Positions 45,597 through 55,712 of a stretch of 64,000 nt of DNA are shown here, piece after piece (the stretch's first letter is position 1; every line of letters starts with the position of its first letter). The notes under the pieces are model-generated. The model was not told the origin of the DNA. It did not search any database and was given only the letters and a program-made list of their open reading frames with translations. The position numbers and the translations under genes are program-made. Source of the DNA: an uncultured Haloferula sp. (GTDB lineage: Bacteria; Verrucomicrobiota; Verrucomicrobiia; Verrucomicrobiales; Akkermansiaceae); NCBI GenBank assembly GCA_965652295.1, contig CBFGTS010000014.1, positions 32,001 to 96,000 on the forward strand, in the 5' to 3' direction.

Positions 45597-46706
45597 ATGG
45601 CCGAAATCGACCGACTTTTCCATTACCTCGTCTCCAGCGGTGGCTCCGACCTTCACCTCTCCGAAGGCCAGCCGCCCAAGACCCGCGTCCACGGCGCGGT
45701 CACTCCCATTGAGGGCGAACCCGTCCTCGAGCACGACCAGATCCGCCGCATGCTCGAGGAAATCTGTGACCCCAACGCATTCGAGATCTATCTCGAAACC
45801 GGCGACCTCGACTTCGCCTACGAAATGAACGAGGAGTCGCGCTTCCGTTGCAACTACCTCAAGCAAAAGAACGGCCTCGCCGCCGTGTTCCGGCTGATCC
45901 CCACCGAGATCATGTCCATGGAGCAGCTCGGCGTGCCGGAGGTGGTCAAACGCTTCGCCCAGATCCGCTCGGGCCTCATCCTCGTCACCGGACCCACCGG
46001 CTCGGGGAAATCCACGACGCTCGCGGCCATCCTCGACTACATCAATTCGAACTACAACCGGCACATCATCACCATTGAGGAGCCGATCGAGTTCGTGCAC
46101 CGCAACAAGAACTCCATCTTCACACAACGCGAGGTGCCGATCCAGACACCTTCTTTCTCCGATGGCCTTCGCGCCGCCCTGCGGGAGGACGCCGACATCG
46201 TGCTCGTCGGTGAGATGCGGGACCTGGAAACCATCTCGCTCGCCCTCACCGCTGCCGAAACCGGTCTGCTCGTCTTCGGCACGCTGCACACCAACAACGC
46301 CCGCAAGACCGTCGACCGGATCATTGACGTGTTCCCTGCCGACCAGCAGTCGCAGGTACGCACGATGCTCGCCGCCTCACTGCGCGGCGTGCTCGCTCAG
46401 CTCCTCTGCAAGCGCGTCGACAAGCCCGGCCGGGTCGCCGTCCACGAGATCATGTTCGCCACCCCCGCCGTGGCCGCGATCATCCGCGAAGGTGCCACCC
46501 AGAAGCTCTACGACGTCATCACCGGCGGCAAGGGCGAGGGTATGCAGTTCATGGACGAGTCCATCTGGCAGAAACTCCAGTCCGGCATGATCTCACCGCA
46601 GGAGGCCTACATGAAAGCGATCGACAAAACCCGCTTCAAGCCCCTGCTCCCCGCGGAAATGGCCCACCTCGGCGACGCCTCGGGCGAGAGCCCGATGGGT
46701 CACTGA
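45597..46706 (+). CDS. pilT: Second PilT/PilU-family ATPase
   Basis: GSDLHL, LVTGPTGSGKSTT, TIEEPIE, ALREDAD..LVGEMRD, TLHTN. Confidence 0.88.
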   Translation: MAEIDRLFHYLVSSGGSDLHLSEGQPPKTRVHGAVTPIEGEPVLEHDQIRRMLEEICDPNAFEIYLETGDLDFAYEMNEESRFRCNYLKQKNGLAAVFRLIPTEIMSMEQLGVPEVVKRFAQIRSGLILVTGPTGSGKSTTLAAILDYINSNYNRHIITIEEPIEFVHRNKNSIFTQREVPIQTPSFSDGLRAALREDADIVLVGEMRDLETISLALTAAETGLLVFGTLHTNNARKTVDRIIDVFPADQQSQVRTMLAASLRGVLAQLLCKRVDKPGRVAVHEIMFATPAVAAIIREGATQKLYDVITGGKGEGMQFMDESIWQKLQSGMISPQEAYMKAIDKTRFKPLLPAEMAHLGDASGESPMGH

Positions 46707-47722
46707 GCCCCGGCTTCCCGATCCTCTTCCACCCTCCCCGGCTTCCCGGCCGCGGAGGGTTTATCGTTTTCCTCCTCCGACACCGGCAAACCCGGAATGT
46801 TCGGCTGGGGCCGCTGCGCGTGGAGCGGGGCCTTCGGCGTGACATCCGCGTAGATCGCCACCAGTGCCATGCCGATGAGCCCGACGAATCCCGCGTAGCC
46901 GACCGTCATCGCCGTGGTCATCCCCACCACGAACGGGCAAAAAAACAACAGCCCGATCACCATGAAGCTCGGCTTCACCTCGAAGGCATGAATCACCAAC
47001 CGCAGCCTCGACCTCGCCAACCCGAGACCCATCGCGGTGAAACAGAACACCGCCGCCAGCGCGTTGAGGTGCCAGAACACACCGGCAGTTTCGTCCTGAG
47101 CGATCCGCACACCCAGGGCCACCCCGCCCGAGGCCAGCGCCGAGCCGACGAAGAGGATCATGATCCCGACCCTTGCGCCGAGGCCAGAGAACGATGAAGC
47201 CCCGATCGCGCCCGCCGCGATCACCGCCGAGAGGCCCAGCACCGACAGCGTGCAGGCGAGATCCCGGACCAGCTCGACTCCGCCAATCTGGTAGCGCACC
47301 AGCACGTAGGGCAGCAGCGAGAACAAAGTCAGCACCGAGAGCGACCACAGGCTCAGGAATTTCCCCCGCACCACCGTCCACCGCCGAAGCTTCGTCAGCA
47401 GCAGCAGCTCGTGATTCCCCTCCTCCAGCTCCTGCCCCATCAGCACCAGTCCTGCCAGCGGCATGATCACCCCGCAGACGGCCGCGATCACCACCCACAG
47501 CGGCCCTGACGCCACCAGCAACGCGAGGTTCATCATCCCGAGCCCACCCACCTCCTCCTGACTGGCTCCCAGCTGGAACTCCATCACCACCGCCGCCACC
47601 GCCAGCACGTGCACGGCCAGGAAGGGCACCACGAAGCTCCCGCGCCGCATGTTCTGCCGCATCTCCTTCACCAACATCGATCCGAATCGATCGGGAAGAT
47701 CGTGGGCCAGCACCTCCGCCAT
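46700..47722 (-). CDS. Multi-pass membrane protein (ABC-2 permease-like)
   Basis: MLVKEMRQ.MR, ELEEGN.ELLLLT, V.GKF, about 8 TM segments. Confidence 0.75.
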   Translation of the reverse strand: MAEVLAHDLPDRFGSMLVKEMRQNMRRGSFVVPFLAVHVLAVAAVVMEFQLGASQEEVGGLGMMNLALLVASGPLWVVIAAVCGVIMPLAGLVLMGQELEEGNHELLLLTKLRRWTVVRGKFLSLWSLSVLTLFSLLPYVLVRYQIGGVELVRDLACTLSVLGLSAVIAAGAIGASSFSGLGARVGIMILFVGSALASGGVALGVRIAQDETAGVFWHLNALAAVFCFTAMGLGLARSRLRLVIHAFEVKPSFMVIGLLFFCPFVVGMTTAMTVGYAGFVGLIGMALVAIYADVTPKAPLHAQRPQPNIPGLPVSEEENDKPSAAGKPGRVEEDREAGAQ

Positions 47723-47851
47723 GGCCGCATGCTTCCGCCGCATGACGGTCGGTGCAAGGATCAAGGCGGATTCTGCTGCCAAATCAGGTTTGTCATCCCC
47801 GTCCGCTCACGGTATCCGTGACTCGACCCTACGGTCCTGCATCTTCCCTCT

Positions 47852-48886
47852 ATGTTCCGCTCGATTTCCACACTGCGTCTGGTTCTGGCGCTGTTGCTCG
47901 CCCTGCCCCTCGTGGCCAGAGCCGAGTGGGAGCAGCGGGAAATCAACGGCCGCGGCTACGTGAGCGTCGAGTCGATCAAAACCTACTACAAGTTCACCAG
48001 CCTCAAGCAGTCCGGGAAATCCCTGACGCTTGAGAACTCGAGGACGCGCGTGAACCTCACCGTCGGGGGCGTGGAGTGCCTGATGAACGGGATCAAGTTC
48101 GTCTTCAGCTACCCGGTCGCGAGCTCCGCAGGGAAATCGTGGGTTTCCCGGATCGATCTCGTGAAACTCATCCACCCCGTCCTGCGTCCCACTTTCATCC
48201 AAGGAGCCGGGGATTTCCGCACGGTCATCATCGACCCCGGCCACGGCGGCAAGGACAGCGGTGCCACCAATGGCTACGGAACCGAAGCCCGCTACAACCT
48301 GCAGGTTTCCAAGTACCTCAAGGAGCAGCTCGAAGCCGTCGGATTCAGGGTGGTGATGACCCGCTCGGACAATCGCTACCTGACCCTCCAACAACGCGTC
48401 GATGTCGCCAATGCCATCCGCGAGAGCGCCATTTTCATCTCCATCCATCACAATTCGGGCCGCTCCCAGGCCCGCGGGATCGAAACTTTCACGCTTTCGC
48501 CCGTCGGCGTCGCCCACTACGGCCGCGGCCTCAAGGCCAGCGACTTCCGCGCCGCCACCGGCAATTCCCACGACTCCGCCAACGTCGCCCTGGCCACCGC
48601 CATCCACGGCATGCTGCTCAGCACCCTCAACGACAAAGAAAAGGGCAAGCAATACACGCTGGACCGCGGCATCAAGCGCGCACGCTTCAGCGTTCTCACC
48701 GGTGTCCGCCACCCGTCCGTCTTGGTGGAATGCGGATTCATGAGCAATCCCTACGAGGCCAAGCTCATCCACGACAGCGGCTACCAGCGCACCGTCGCCA
48801 AGCTCATTGCAGGCGCGGTCAGCCGCTACCGATTCGCCGTCAGCCGCGCCTCGGGCGGAGGCGAGGTCGAGAACCGGACGCGATAA
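47852..48886 (+). CDS. N-acetylmuramoyl-L-alanine amidase (Amidase_3)
   Basis: Signal peptide; IIDPGHGGKDSG, MTR, R...AN, FISIHHN, VLVECGFMSN. Confidence 0.93.
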   Translation: MFRSISTLRLVLALLLALPLVARAEWEQREINGRGYVSVESIKTYYKFTSLKQSGKSLTLENSRTRVNLTVGGVECLMNGIKFVFSYPVASSAGKSWVSRIDLVKLIHPVLRPTFIQGAGDFRTVIIDPGHGGKDSGATNGYGTEARYNLQVSKYLKEQLEAVGFRVVMTRSDNRYLTLQQRVDVANAIRESAIFISIHHNSGRSQARGIETFTLSPVGVAHYGRGLKASDFRAATGNSHDSANVALATAIHGMLLSTLNDKEKGKQYTLDRGIKRARFSVLTGVRHPSVLVECGFMSNPYEAKLIHDSGYQRTVAKLIAGAVSRYRFAVSRASGGGEVENRTR

Positions 48887-48899
48887 GCTGCACGTTCGT

Positions 48900-49700
48900 T
48901 CAGGCGAAACCCAACAATTCGGGCGTCGCCTCCCGCGGACGCGAAGTCAGCAGCTCGGCCTCGCCTTCCGTGACCAGCACGGTGTGCTCGAAATGGGCCG
49001 ACATCTTCCGGTCCGCCGTGATCACCGTCCAGCCATCGTCAAGAATCCTGACCGCCGCCGTGCCGGCGTTCACCATCGGCTCGATCGCCAACACCATGCC
49101 CGGCTCGAGAATCGGCGTCTTTCCAGACGGACGGTAGTTGGGAACCTGCGGCTCTTCGTGCAGCTCGCGGCCCACTCCGTGGCCCACGAACTCCCGGACG
49201 ACCGTGAAACCCAGCGGTTTCACATGGGCTTCCACCGCCCCGCAGACATCCGCCAAGGGTTTGCCAGGCCGCGCGTTCGCAATCGCCTCGAACAGCGATT
49301 GCTCCGTTGCAGCAAGCAGGCGCTTGGTTCGGTCATCGATCTCTCCCACCCCGACCGTCGTTGCGTTGTCGCCGATCCAGCCATTCTTCACGATGCCGAC
49401 GTCGATCTTGATGATGTCGCCCATCTGCAGGATCCGTGGACCACCGATTCCATGGACGACCTCCTCATTGACCGAGAGGCACGTGTAGCCCGGAAACCCG
49501 CGGTAACCGAGAAACGCGCTCGTGCAGCCGTGCTCCTTGATCAGGCTCGCCGCCAGCTCATCGAGCTGTCGGGTCGTCACACCCGGCTCCACCGCGGCAG
49601 CGAGCTTCTGCAGGATCCCGCTGGCGATGGCTCCGGCCACGCGCATGCGGTCGATTTCCTCCGCGGTCTTGATGCGGATGCGTTTACGCCTTTTGGCCAT
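48900..49700 (-). CDS. map: Methionine aminopeptidase type I
   Basis: CLSVNEEVVHGI, KIDVG...IGD, VGHGVG..LHEEP, AIEPM, SAHFEHT. Confidence 0.97.
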   Translation of the reverse strand: MAKRRKRIRIKTAEEIDRMRVAGAIASGILQKLAAAVEPGVTTRQLDELAASLIKEHGCTSAFLGYRGFPGYTCLSVNEEVVHGIGGPRILQMGDIIKIDVGIVKNGWIGDNATTVGVGEIDDRTKRLLAATEQSLFEAIANARPGKPLADVCGAVEAHVKPLGFTVVREFVGHGVGRELHEEPQVPNYRPSGKTPILEPGMVLAIEPMVNAGTAAVRILDDGWTVITADRKMSAHFEHTVLVTEGEAELLTSRPREATPELLGFA

Positions 49701-50349
49701 CGTTTCTGAGTCGGTCGATTTGTTCGGCGAGGCGTCCGGCAACGGCCTCGATATCCCCCGTCGCGTTGCAACGGATCAGTTTGTTCTGACCGGCATATCT
49801 TTCGATCACAGGCAGCGCATGCAAGGCGAACTCGTCATAGCGGCTCAGGAAATTCTCCACGCCGTCGTCTGCCCGCGGTTCGGCAGGTCCGCCACACTTC
49901 GGGCACCGGCCAGCCGGCGCGGTATCCTCCACTTGGCCCGACCACCGGCAGTCCGGACATTCCACCCTCCGCGCGATCCGCCGGAGCAGCTCGTCCTTCG
50001 GCACTTCGAGCGCTATTGCGGCCGCAATCCCGATACCGCGCGCACTGCACCAATCACGGAGAAAGTCGTCCTGCGTCCGGGTTCGTGGAAATCCATCCAA
50101 GATCCAGCCGGATCCAATCTGCGTCTGCAACCATGGCTCCATCACACGGCACATCGTCTCATCCGCGATGTAGCCGCCGCGGGCGAGGATCGGGCGGATT
50201 TCGTCGGCCAGAGGACCGCCGTTCTCCAGCGCCTCACGCAGCAAGGCTCCGGTGCTCAGATAGGAAAGCCCTTCCCGCTCGGCAATGCGCCGCCCCTGCG
50301 TTCCTTTGCCAGACGCAGGGGGGCCCAGAAGAATCAGCCGCAGCGGCAT
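49684..50349 (-). CDS. adk: Adenylate kinase with Cys4 LID
   Basis: LLGPPASGKGTQ, STGALLR, ILDGFPRT, CPDC...CPKC, RADD. Confidence 0.95.
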   Translation of the reverse strand: MPLRLILLGPPASGKGTQGRRIAEREGLSYLSTGALLREALENGGPLADEIRPILARGGYIADETMCRVMEPWLQTQIGSGWILDGFPRTRTQDDFLRDWCSARGIGIAAAIALEVPKDELLRRIARRVECPDCRWSGQVEDTAPAGRCPKCGGPAEPRADDGVENFLSRYDEFALHALPVIERYAGQNKLIRCNATGDIEAVAGRLAEQIDRLRNDGQKA

Positions 50350-50363
50350 GACAATCTCGGTTC

Positions 50364-51872
50364 TCAGCTCTTCGCGAACCAAGCCACCGCGCCCACGATC
50401 AACAGTAGACCGATCAAGGTCCAGAGGAACACAAGGGCCGTGCTGGAGGTGGTGCCGCTACCGCCTTGGGAGAGGCGGTCGTAGCGGCCCTTCAGCTTGC
50501 CCTTGCGCAGGAAGCCATCGTAGTGGCGCTGAAGAAGGTGGGTTTCCACCTGCCGCATCGTGTCGAGCACCACGCCCACAAGAATCAGCAGCGAGGTGCC
50601 GCCGAAGAACTGGAGCACCATCGAGTTCGCCGGAAGTCCGACGACCGCCCCGATACCGGTTGGCAGGAGGAAGATCAAGGTGAGGAAAATCGCGCCGGCA
50701 AAAGTGAGGCGGGTCATCGTGAAATCGAGGAACTCCGCCGTCGGCTTGCCAGGGCGCACGCCCGGGATGTAACCGCCGTTCCGCTTCAAATCCTCCGAGA
50801 TCTGGGACGGTTGGAACATCGTGGCGACCCAGAAGTAGGAGAAGAAGAAGATGAAGATCGCGCCGAGGAACCAATACCATCCTCCGAAGGCCAGGGCTTC
50901 GCGCATCGATCTCGCCCAACTCGCGCTCGGGAAGATCTGCTCCAGAAGAATCGGCGGCAGGGAAAGCACCGCGCTGGCGAAGATGATCGGCATCACCCCG
51001 GCATAATTCACTTTCAGCGGCAGATACTGGGTCTGTCCTCCGAATTGCTTCCGGCCGACGACACGCTTCGCGTACTGGATCGCGATCCGACGCTGGGCCT
51101 GGGTGATCGAAATCGTGCCGGCGATGACCACCAGCAGCATGGCGATCATGACCACCAGCCAGATGACGTCGGTGGTGTTCGCATCCTCGCGGGAAACGAA
51201 GAACTGCCAGGTCTGGAACAATGCTCCGGGCAACGAGGCAATGATGTTGACCGTGATGATGATCGAGGTGCCGTTGCCGATGCCTCGCTCGGTCATCTGG
51301 TCGCCGATCCACATCAGGAGCAGCGTGCCGGTGACGATCGTCAAAACGATGAGTGCCTGCCATGCCGGCGTCGGATTCGCCACCAATGGCCGGCCGAGCT
51401 CCTTCATGACTTCACCGATCCCCTGCATGTAGGGGATCGAAGTGGGATCCACCAGCGAGCGGGCGACGAACACCCCCTGCACCAGCGCGATGGCGATGGT
51501 CAGGTAGCGGGTCATCTGCGTGATCTTCTGCCGGCCGCCATCCTCGCGGGAAAGGCGGGAAAGCTTCGGCACCACCGCCGTCATGAGCTGCATCATGATC
51601 GATGCCGAAATGTAAGGCATGATCCCCAAGGCGAAGACACCCGCCTGCTGCAGCGCGCCACCCGAGAAGATCCCGAGGATCGCTTGGAGGCCGCCGGACT
51701 GCGTGGCATCCCGGCTTTTCGAATGCTCGACCCAGGCATCGATCACCGAGGCATCGACCCCGGGAAGGGTCACGTGCACGCCGAGGCGCACGATGACGAT
51801 GAGGGCGAGGGTGAAAAGAATGCGGTCGCGGAGTTCGGGAACCTTCCAGGTATTCGCGAATGCGGAGATCAT
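50364..51872 (-). CDS. secY: Preprotein translocase SecY (with C-terminal hydrophobic extension)
   Basis: FALGIMPYISASI, GIGNGTS, LPLKVNYAGVMPIIFA, IPGVRPG, FGGTSLLI. Confidence 0.98.
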   Translation of the reverse strand: MISAFANTWKVPELRDRILFTLALIVIVRLGVHVTLPGVDASVIDAWVEHSKSRDATQSGGLQAILGIFSGGALQQAGVFALGIMPYISASIMMQLMTAVVPKLSRLSREDGGRQKITQMTRYLTIAIALVQGVFVARSLVDPTSIPYMQGIGEVMKELGRPLVANPTPAWQALIVLTIVTGTLLLMWIGDQMTERGIGNGTSIIITVNIIASLPGALFQTWQFFVSREDANTTDVIWLVVMIAMLLVVIAGTISITQAQRRIAIQYAKRVVGRKQFGGQTQYLPLKVNYAGVMPIIFASAVLSLPPILLEQIFPSASWARSMREALAFGGWYWFLGAIFIFFFSYFWVATMFQPSQISEDLKRNGGYIPGVRPGKPTAEFLDFTMTRLTFAGAIFLTLIFLLPTGIGAVVGLPANSMVLQFFGGTSLLILVGVVLDTMRQVETHLLQRHYDGFLRKGKLKGRYDRLSQGGSGTTSSTALVFLWTLIGLLLIVGAVAWFAKS

Positions 51873-51973
51873 GGTGCGTGGATGGAAATTGGGAGGCGCT
51901 CTTTTAAACGCGTCGAGGAAGCGGGCAAGCGCTTCCTCGACAAATGGGATTCATCTGTGCCGTGGAACGGTCA

Positions 51974-52417
51974 TCAACCCTCCACGGTGCCGCCGGCCTG
52001 CACGATTTTCTCGCGGGCCGAAGCGCTGACCGCACAGCCGGAAACCGTCAGCTTCTTGCTGATCTGGCCTTGGCCGAGGACCTTCACGACGTCGCAGTTG
52101 CGATTCACGAGGTTCTTTTCGCGGAGCGACTCCTCACTGACGGTGGCACCGTCCTCGAAGCTCTTCTCGAGCTGGGCGAGGTTGACGACGGAGACCTTCG
52201 TTTTGAAGTTGAAGTTGTTGAAGCCCTTCTTGGGCAGGCGACGGTGAAGGGGCATCTGGCCCCCTTCGAAACCCGGCCGGACCGAGCCGCCCGAGCGGGC
52301 CTTCTGGCCCTTGTTGCCCTTGCCGGAGGTCTTGCCGTGGCCGGAGCTTTCGCCACAGCCGAGGCGCTTGACCCGGTGCTTGGAGCCCTTGTTCGGGCTG
52401 AGAGTGTGAAGTTTCAT
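51974..52417 (-). CDS. rplO: 50S ribosomal protein L15
   Basis: GHGKTSGKG.KGQKAR, FEGGQMPL.RRLPK. Confidence 0.98.
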   Translation of the reverse strand: MKLHTLSPNKGSKHRVKRLGCGESSGHGKTSGKGNKGQKARSGGSVRPGFEGGQMPLHRRLPKKGFNNFNFKTKVSVVNLAQLEKSFEDGATVSEESLREKNLVNRNCDVVKVLGQGQISKKLTVSGCAVSASAREKIVQAGGTVEG

Positions 52418-52420
52418 GAT

Positions 52421-52460
52421 TCGACGTTCGAGGTTGGACGTTCGATTTCGAGAGTTCGAT
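52421..52460. repeat. Degenerate heptamer repeat between rpsE and rplO
   Basis: tcgacgt tcgaggt tggacgt tcgattt cgagagt tcgat. Confidence 0.65.
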
Positions 52461-53044
52461 TAGATGGACTCTTTCTTCTTCTTGCCGCGTGCGCCCAGGA
52501 TCTGGTCGCGGGTGCGGAGTTGGGAAAGCGCCTTGAGGGTCGCCTTGACGACGTTGGCGTGGTTGGCCGAGCCGAGCGACTTGGCCAGCACGTCGCGGAT
52601 GCCGACGGCTTCGCAAACCGCACGCACTCCACCTCCGGCGATGATGCCGGTACCTGGAGAGGCGGGCTTGAGGAGCACCTTGCCTCCACCGAATTCAGCG
52701 TAGGTTTCGTGCGGGATGGTTCCCTCTTCGCCGATGTTCATCGGGATGAGCGACTTGCGTCCGGCTTCGCTGGCCTTGCGGATGGCGTCGGCCACCTCGT
52801 TCGCCTTGCCGAATCCGAGGCCCACCTTGCCCTCCTTGTCGCCGATCACGACGAGCGCGGAGAAGCTGAAGCGGCGGCCGCCTTTCACGACCTTGGCGCA
52901 ACGGTTGATGAAAACGACCTTTTCGGTCACTTCCTTGCCATCGACCTCGATGGGTTGACGCTCCTCGCGACGGGGTCCGCGTCCACGACCATCGCGTTGG
53001 TGGCGGTTCTGGGAGGCGGGCGGATTTTCGTTGGTAGTCACCAT
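52460..53044 (-). CDS. rpsE: 30S ribosomal protein S5
   Basis: [28 protein letters not shown]. Confidence 0.97.
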   Translation of the reverse strand: MVTTNENPPASQNRHQRDGRGRGPRREERQPIEVDGKEVTEKVVFINRCAKVVKGGRRFSFSALVVIGDKEGKVGLGFGKANEVADAIRKASEAGRKSLIPMNIGEEGTIPHETYAEFGGGKVLLKPASPGTGIIAGGGVRAVCEAVGIRDVLAKSLGSANHANVVKATLKALSQLRTRDQILGARGKKKKESI

Positions 53045-53066
53045 GACTTTTCTGCGCGGGCGAGGA

Positions 53067-53423
53067 TTAGAATTGGAGTCCGGCTTCCCGGGCGGCTTCG
53101 GCAAGAGCCTTGATCTTGCCATGATAGAGGTGGCCGCCACGGTCGAAGACCACGGCGCTGATGTTCGCTTCCTTGGCGCGCTCGGCGAGGAGCTTGCCAA
53201 TGGCTGTGGCGCAATCGACGTTGGATGCGCTCTTCTCCAGGCTCTTGTCCATCGTCGAAGCCGAGACCAGCGTGCGGCCTGCTTCGTCGTCGATCACCTG
53301 GGCGTAGATGTGCTGGTTGGAGTAGTGCACGGCCAGACGCGGACGATCGGCCGTTCCGGCAACCTTGCGGCGGATCCGGGCGTGGATCCGGCGGCGCACT
53401 TCCTTGCGTTTGATAAGACTCAT
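53067..53423 (-). CDS. rplR: 50S ribosomal protein L18
   Basis: RPRLAV...HIYAQ, VFDRGG..YHG. Confidence 0.97.
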   Translation of the reverse strand: MSLIKRKEVRRRIHARIRRKVAGTADRPRLAVHYSNQHIYAQVIDDEAGRTLVSASTMDKSLEKSASNVDCATAIGKLLAERAKEANISAVVFDRGGHLYHGKIKALAEAAREAGLQF

Positions 53424-53446
53424 AGTGTTGGGACGGTTGCGGAGGT

Positions 53447-53986
53447 TTACTTGCCGACGCTCTTGCCTTCCTTGCGGCGGACGCGCTCTCCGGCGTAGCG
53501 GACGCCCTTGCCCTTGTAGGGTTCCGGCGGGTAGTAGCTGCGCACCTCGGCGGCGAACTGCCCGACCTTTTGCTTGTCGATGCCTTCCACCTTGATCTTG
53601 GTGTTGTCGGCGACGCTGACGGTCAGGTCCGACGGGATCGGGTGAAGGATCGGATGGGACTTGCCGAGCGAGAGGTCCAACTCGGTGCCTTTGACGGCGG
53701 CACGCATACCCACACCCTGGATCTCAAGCTCCTTGGTGAAGCCCTGGCTGACGCCGGTGATCATGTTGTGGACGATGCTGCGCACGGTGCCGTGAAGCGC
53801 GCGGTGCTCGCGCTGTTCGGTGGCGCGGGAGACGACGACGGTGCCGTCCTCTTCCTTGACGTCGATGCCCTTGGGCAGGTCGAAGTCGAGTTTGCCCTTC
53901 GGGCCTTCGACGGCGACGGTGTTGCCGCTCACGCTCACCTTCACCTTTTCGGGAAGGGAGATCGGTTTCAATCCAACTCGTGACAT
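53447..53986 (-). CDS. rplF: 50S ribosomal protein L6
   Basis: [20 protein letters not shown]. Confidence 0.98.
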   Translation of the reverse strand: MSRVGLKPISLPEKVKVSVSGNTVAVEGPKGKLDFDLPKGIDVKEEDGTVVVSRATEQREHRALHGTVRSIVHNMITGVSQGFTKELEIQGVGMRAAVKGTELDLSLGKSHPILHPIPSDLTVSVADNTKIKVEGIDKQKVGQFAAEVRSYYPPEPYKGKGVRYAGERVRRKEGKSVGK

Positions 53987-54013
53987 GGTTCTGTTTCCTT
54001 TCTCGGGTTGGGG

Positions 54014-54412
54014 TTACCAGACGTTGGCGAGGATTTCGCCGCCCAGCTTGGAGCGCCGGGCGGTGGCACCGGACATGACTCCCTTGGAGGTGGAGACGAT
54101 GGAAATGCCGAGGCCGTTGAGGACGCGGGGAATATCGTCGGAACCGGCGTAGACGCGGCGGCCCGGCTTGGAGATGCGCTTGAGGTCGGTCAGCACCGGA
54201 CGTCCATCGACGTAACGGGCCTTGACCTTGATTTCAGGAAACGTGCCTTCGGTGAGGACCTCGTAGTTCCAGATGTAGCCTTCCTCCTGGAGAATCTTGG
54301 CGATGTCGGCCTTGATTCGGGAGTAGGGTGCGGTGAAGTCCTCGTTGCCAGCCCGGCAGCAGTTTTTGAAGCGGGTCAGGAAGTCGGAAATGGGATCGGA
54401 AAGAACAGCCAT
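54014..54412 (-). CDS. rpsH: 30S ribosomal protein S8
   Basis: DPISDFLTR, ISKPGRRVY, STSKG, GGE. Confidence 0.97.
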   Translation of the reverse strand: MAVLSDPISDFLTRFKNCCRAGNEDFTAPYSRIKADIAKILQEEGYIWNYEVLTEGTFPEIKVKARYVDGRPVLTDLKRISKPGRRVYAGSDDIPRVLNGLGISIVSTSKGVMSGATARRSKLGGEILANVW

Positions 54413-54439
54413 GGTATGCTATCGGTTCGGGTCGTCGGG

Positions 54440-55018
54440 TTAGGCGGCGGCACCTTCTTCGGCTGCCTTGGCGGTGTCACGGAACGGCATGCCAAGCTCG
54501 GCGAGGAGGGACTTGCCCTCTTCATCGTTCTTCGCGCTGGTCACGAAGATCAGGTCGAAGCCGATCTGGCGTTTGATCTGGTCGAGCTCGATCTCCGGGA
54601 AAATCGATTGGTCGGCGAAGCCGACGGCGTAGTTGCCGCGGCCGTCAAAGCCCTTCGGGCTGATTCCGCGGAAGTCGCGAATGTTCGGCGCGGTAACGTT
54701 GATGAAGCGGTAAAGGAACTCCCACATGCGCTCGCCACGAAGGGTGACTCGGGCGCCGAGGGGTTCACCGGCACGCAGCTTGAAGTTGGCCACGGCCTTC
54801 TTCGAGAACGTGATCGAGGGCTTCTGGCCGGTGATCTTGGAGATCTCCGAGACAGCGTCATCCACGGCGACCTTGCGGTCGGGGGCTTTGCCCATGCAGG
54901 AAGTCACGACGATCTTCTCAAGCTGGGGCACCTGGTGCGGGTTGGTGTAACCGTGCTTCTCTGTGAGAGCCGGAACCACCTTCTCCTTGTATTGTTTTAG
55001 CAGGACTGGGGTGCTCAT
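54440..55018 (-). CDS. rplE: 50S ribosomal protein L5
   Basis: ITGQKP, FKLR, IRDFRG, FDGRGNY, IFPEI. Confidence 0.98.
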   Translation of the reverse strand: MSTPVLLKQYKEKVVPALTEKHGYTNPHQVPQLEKIVVTSCMGKAPDRKVAVDDAVSEISKITGQKPSITFSKKAVANFKLRAGEPLGARVTLRGERMWEFLYRFINVTAPNIRDFRGISPKGFDGRGNYAVGFADQSIFPEIELDQIKRQIGFDLIFVTSAKNDEEGKSLLAELGMPFRDTAKAAEEGAAA

Positions 55019-55084
55019 TGGTTTCAGCGGGTCAGCGCTTGTATTCGATTGCGCTTAAGCGCGGGCGGACTCCCTCACGGGAAA

Positions 55085-55309
55085 TCAGCCCAGTTTTTTC
55101 ACATTGGAAATATGGATCGGACCGTCCTGATCGAGGATCCCTCCGTCGGGATTCTGCTCGGAGCGGCGGGTCGCCTTCTTGATCTTGCGGGCACCTTCGA
55201 CGACCACCTGTTGCTTGGCGGCGTTGACGAGAAGGACCTTGCCTTGCTTGCCCTTGTGGTTGCCGGCGATGATTTGGACCTCATCACCCTTTTTGACGTG
55301 AGTCTTCAT
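55085..55309 (-). CDS. rplX: 50S ribosomal protein L24 (short form)
   Basis: VKKGDEV.IIAG.HKGKQG KOW motif; GPIHISNV. Confidence 0.95.
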   Translation of the reverse strand: MKTHVKKGDEVQIIAGNHKGKQGKVLLVNAAKQQVVVEGARKIKKATRRSEQNPDGGILDQDGPIHISNVKKLG

Positions 55310-55329
55310 GGAAATCGATGCGTTGGGGT

Positions 55330-55695
55330 TCAGAGGACCTCGGGAGCCAGCGAAACGATCTTCATGAACTGCTTTTCACGAAGCTCGCGGGCCACAGGGC
55401 CGAAGATGCGGGTGCCTTTGGGATTGTTGTCCTTGTCGATGACGACGATGGCGTTGTTGTCGAAGCGCAGCACCGAACCATCGGAGCGGCGGATCGGCGA
55501 AGCGGTGCGCACGACCACGGCTTTGATGACGGAACCCTTTTTGACCGAAGCGGTCGGGATCGAGTCACGGACGTGGGCGGTGATGATGTCGCCGACATTG
55601 GCAACGCGTGAGCGGGTGCCGAGCACACCGATCATCTTGGCGGAGCGGGCACCGGTGTTGTCGGCGACCTGGACGAGAGATTCCATCTGGATCAT
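55330..55695 (-). CDS. rplN: 50S ribosomal protein L14
   Basis: MIQ...[26 protein letters not shown]. Confidence 0.98.
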   Translation of the reverse strand: MIQMESLVQVADNTGARSAKMIGVLGTRSRVANVGDIITAHVRDSIPTASVKKGSVIKAVVVRTASPIRRSDGSVLRFDNNAIVVIDKDNNPKGTRIFGPVARELREKQFMKIVSLAPEVL

Positions 55696-55712
55696 GGCGG
55701 TAGTGGGTAAAA

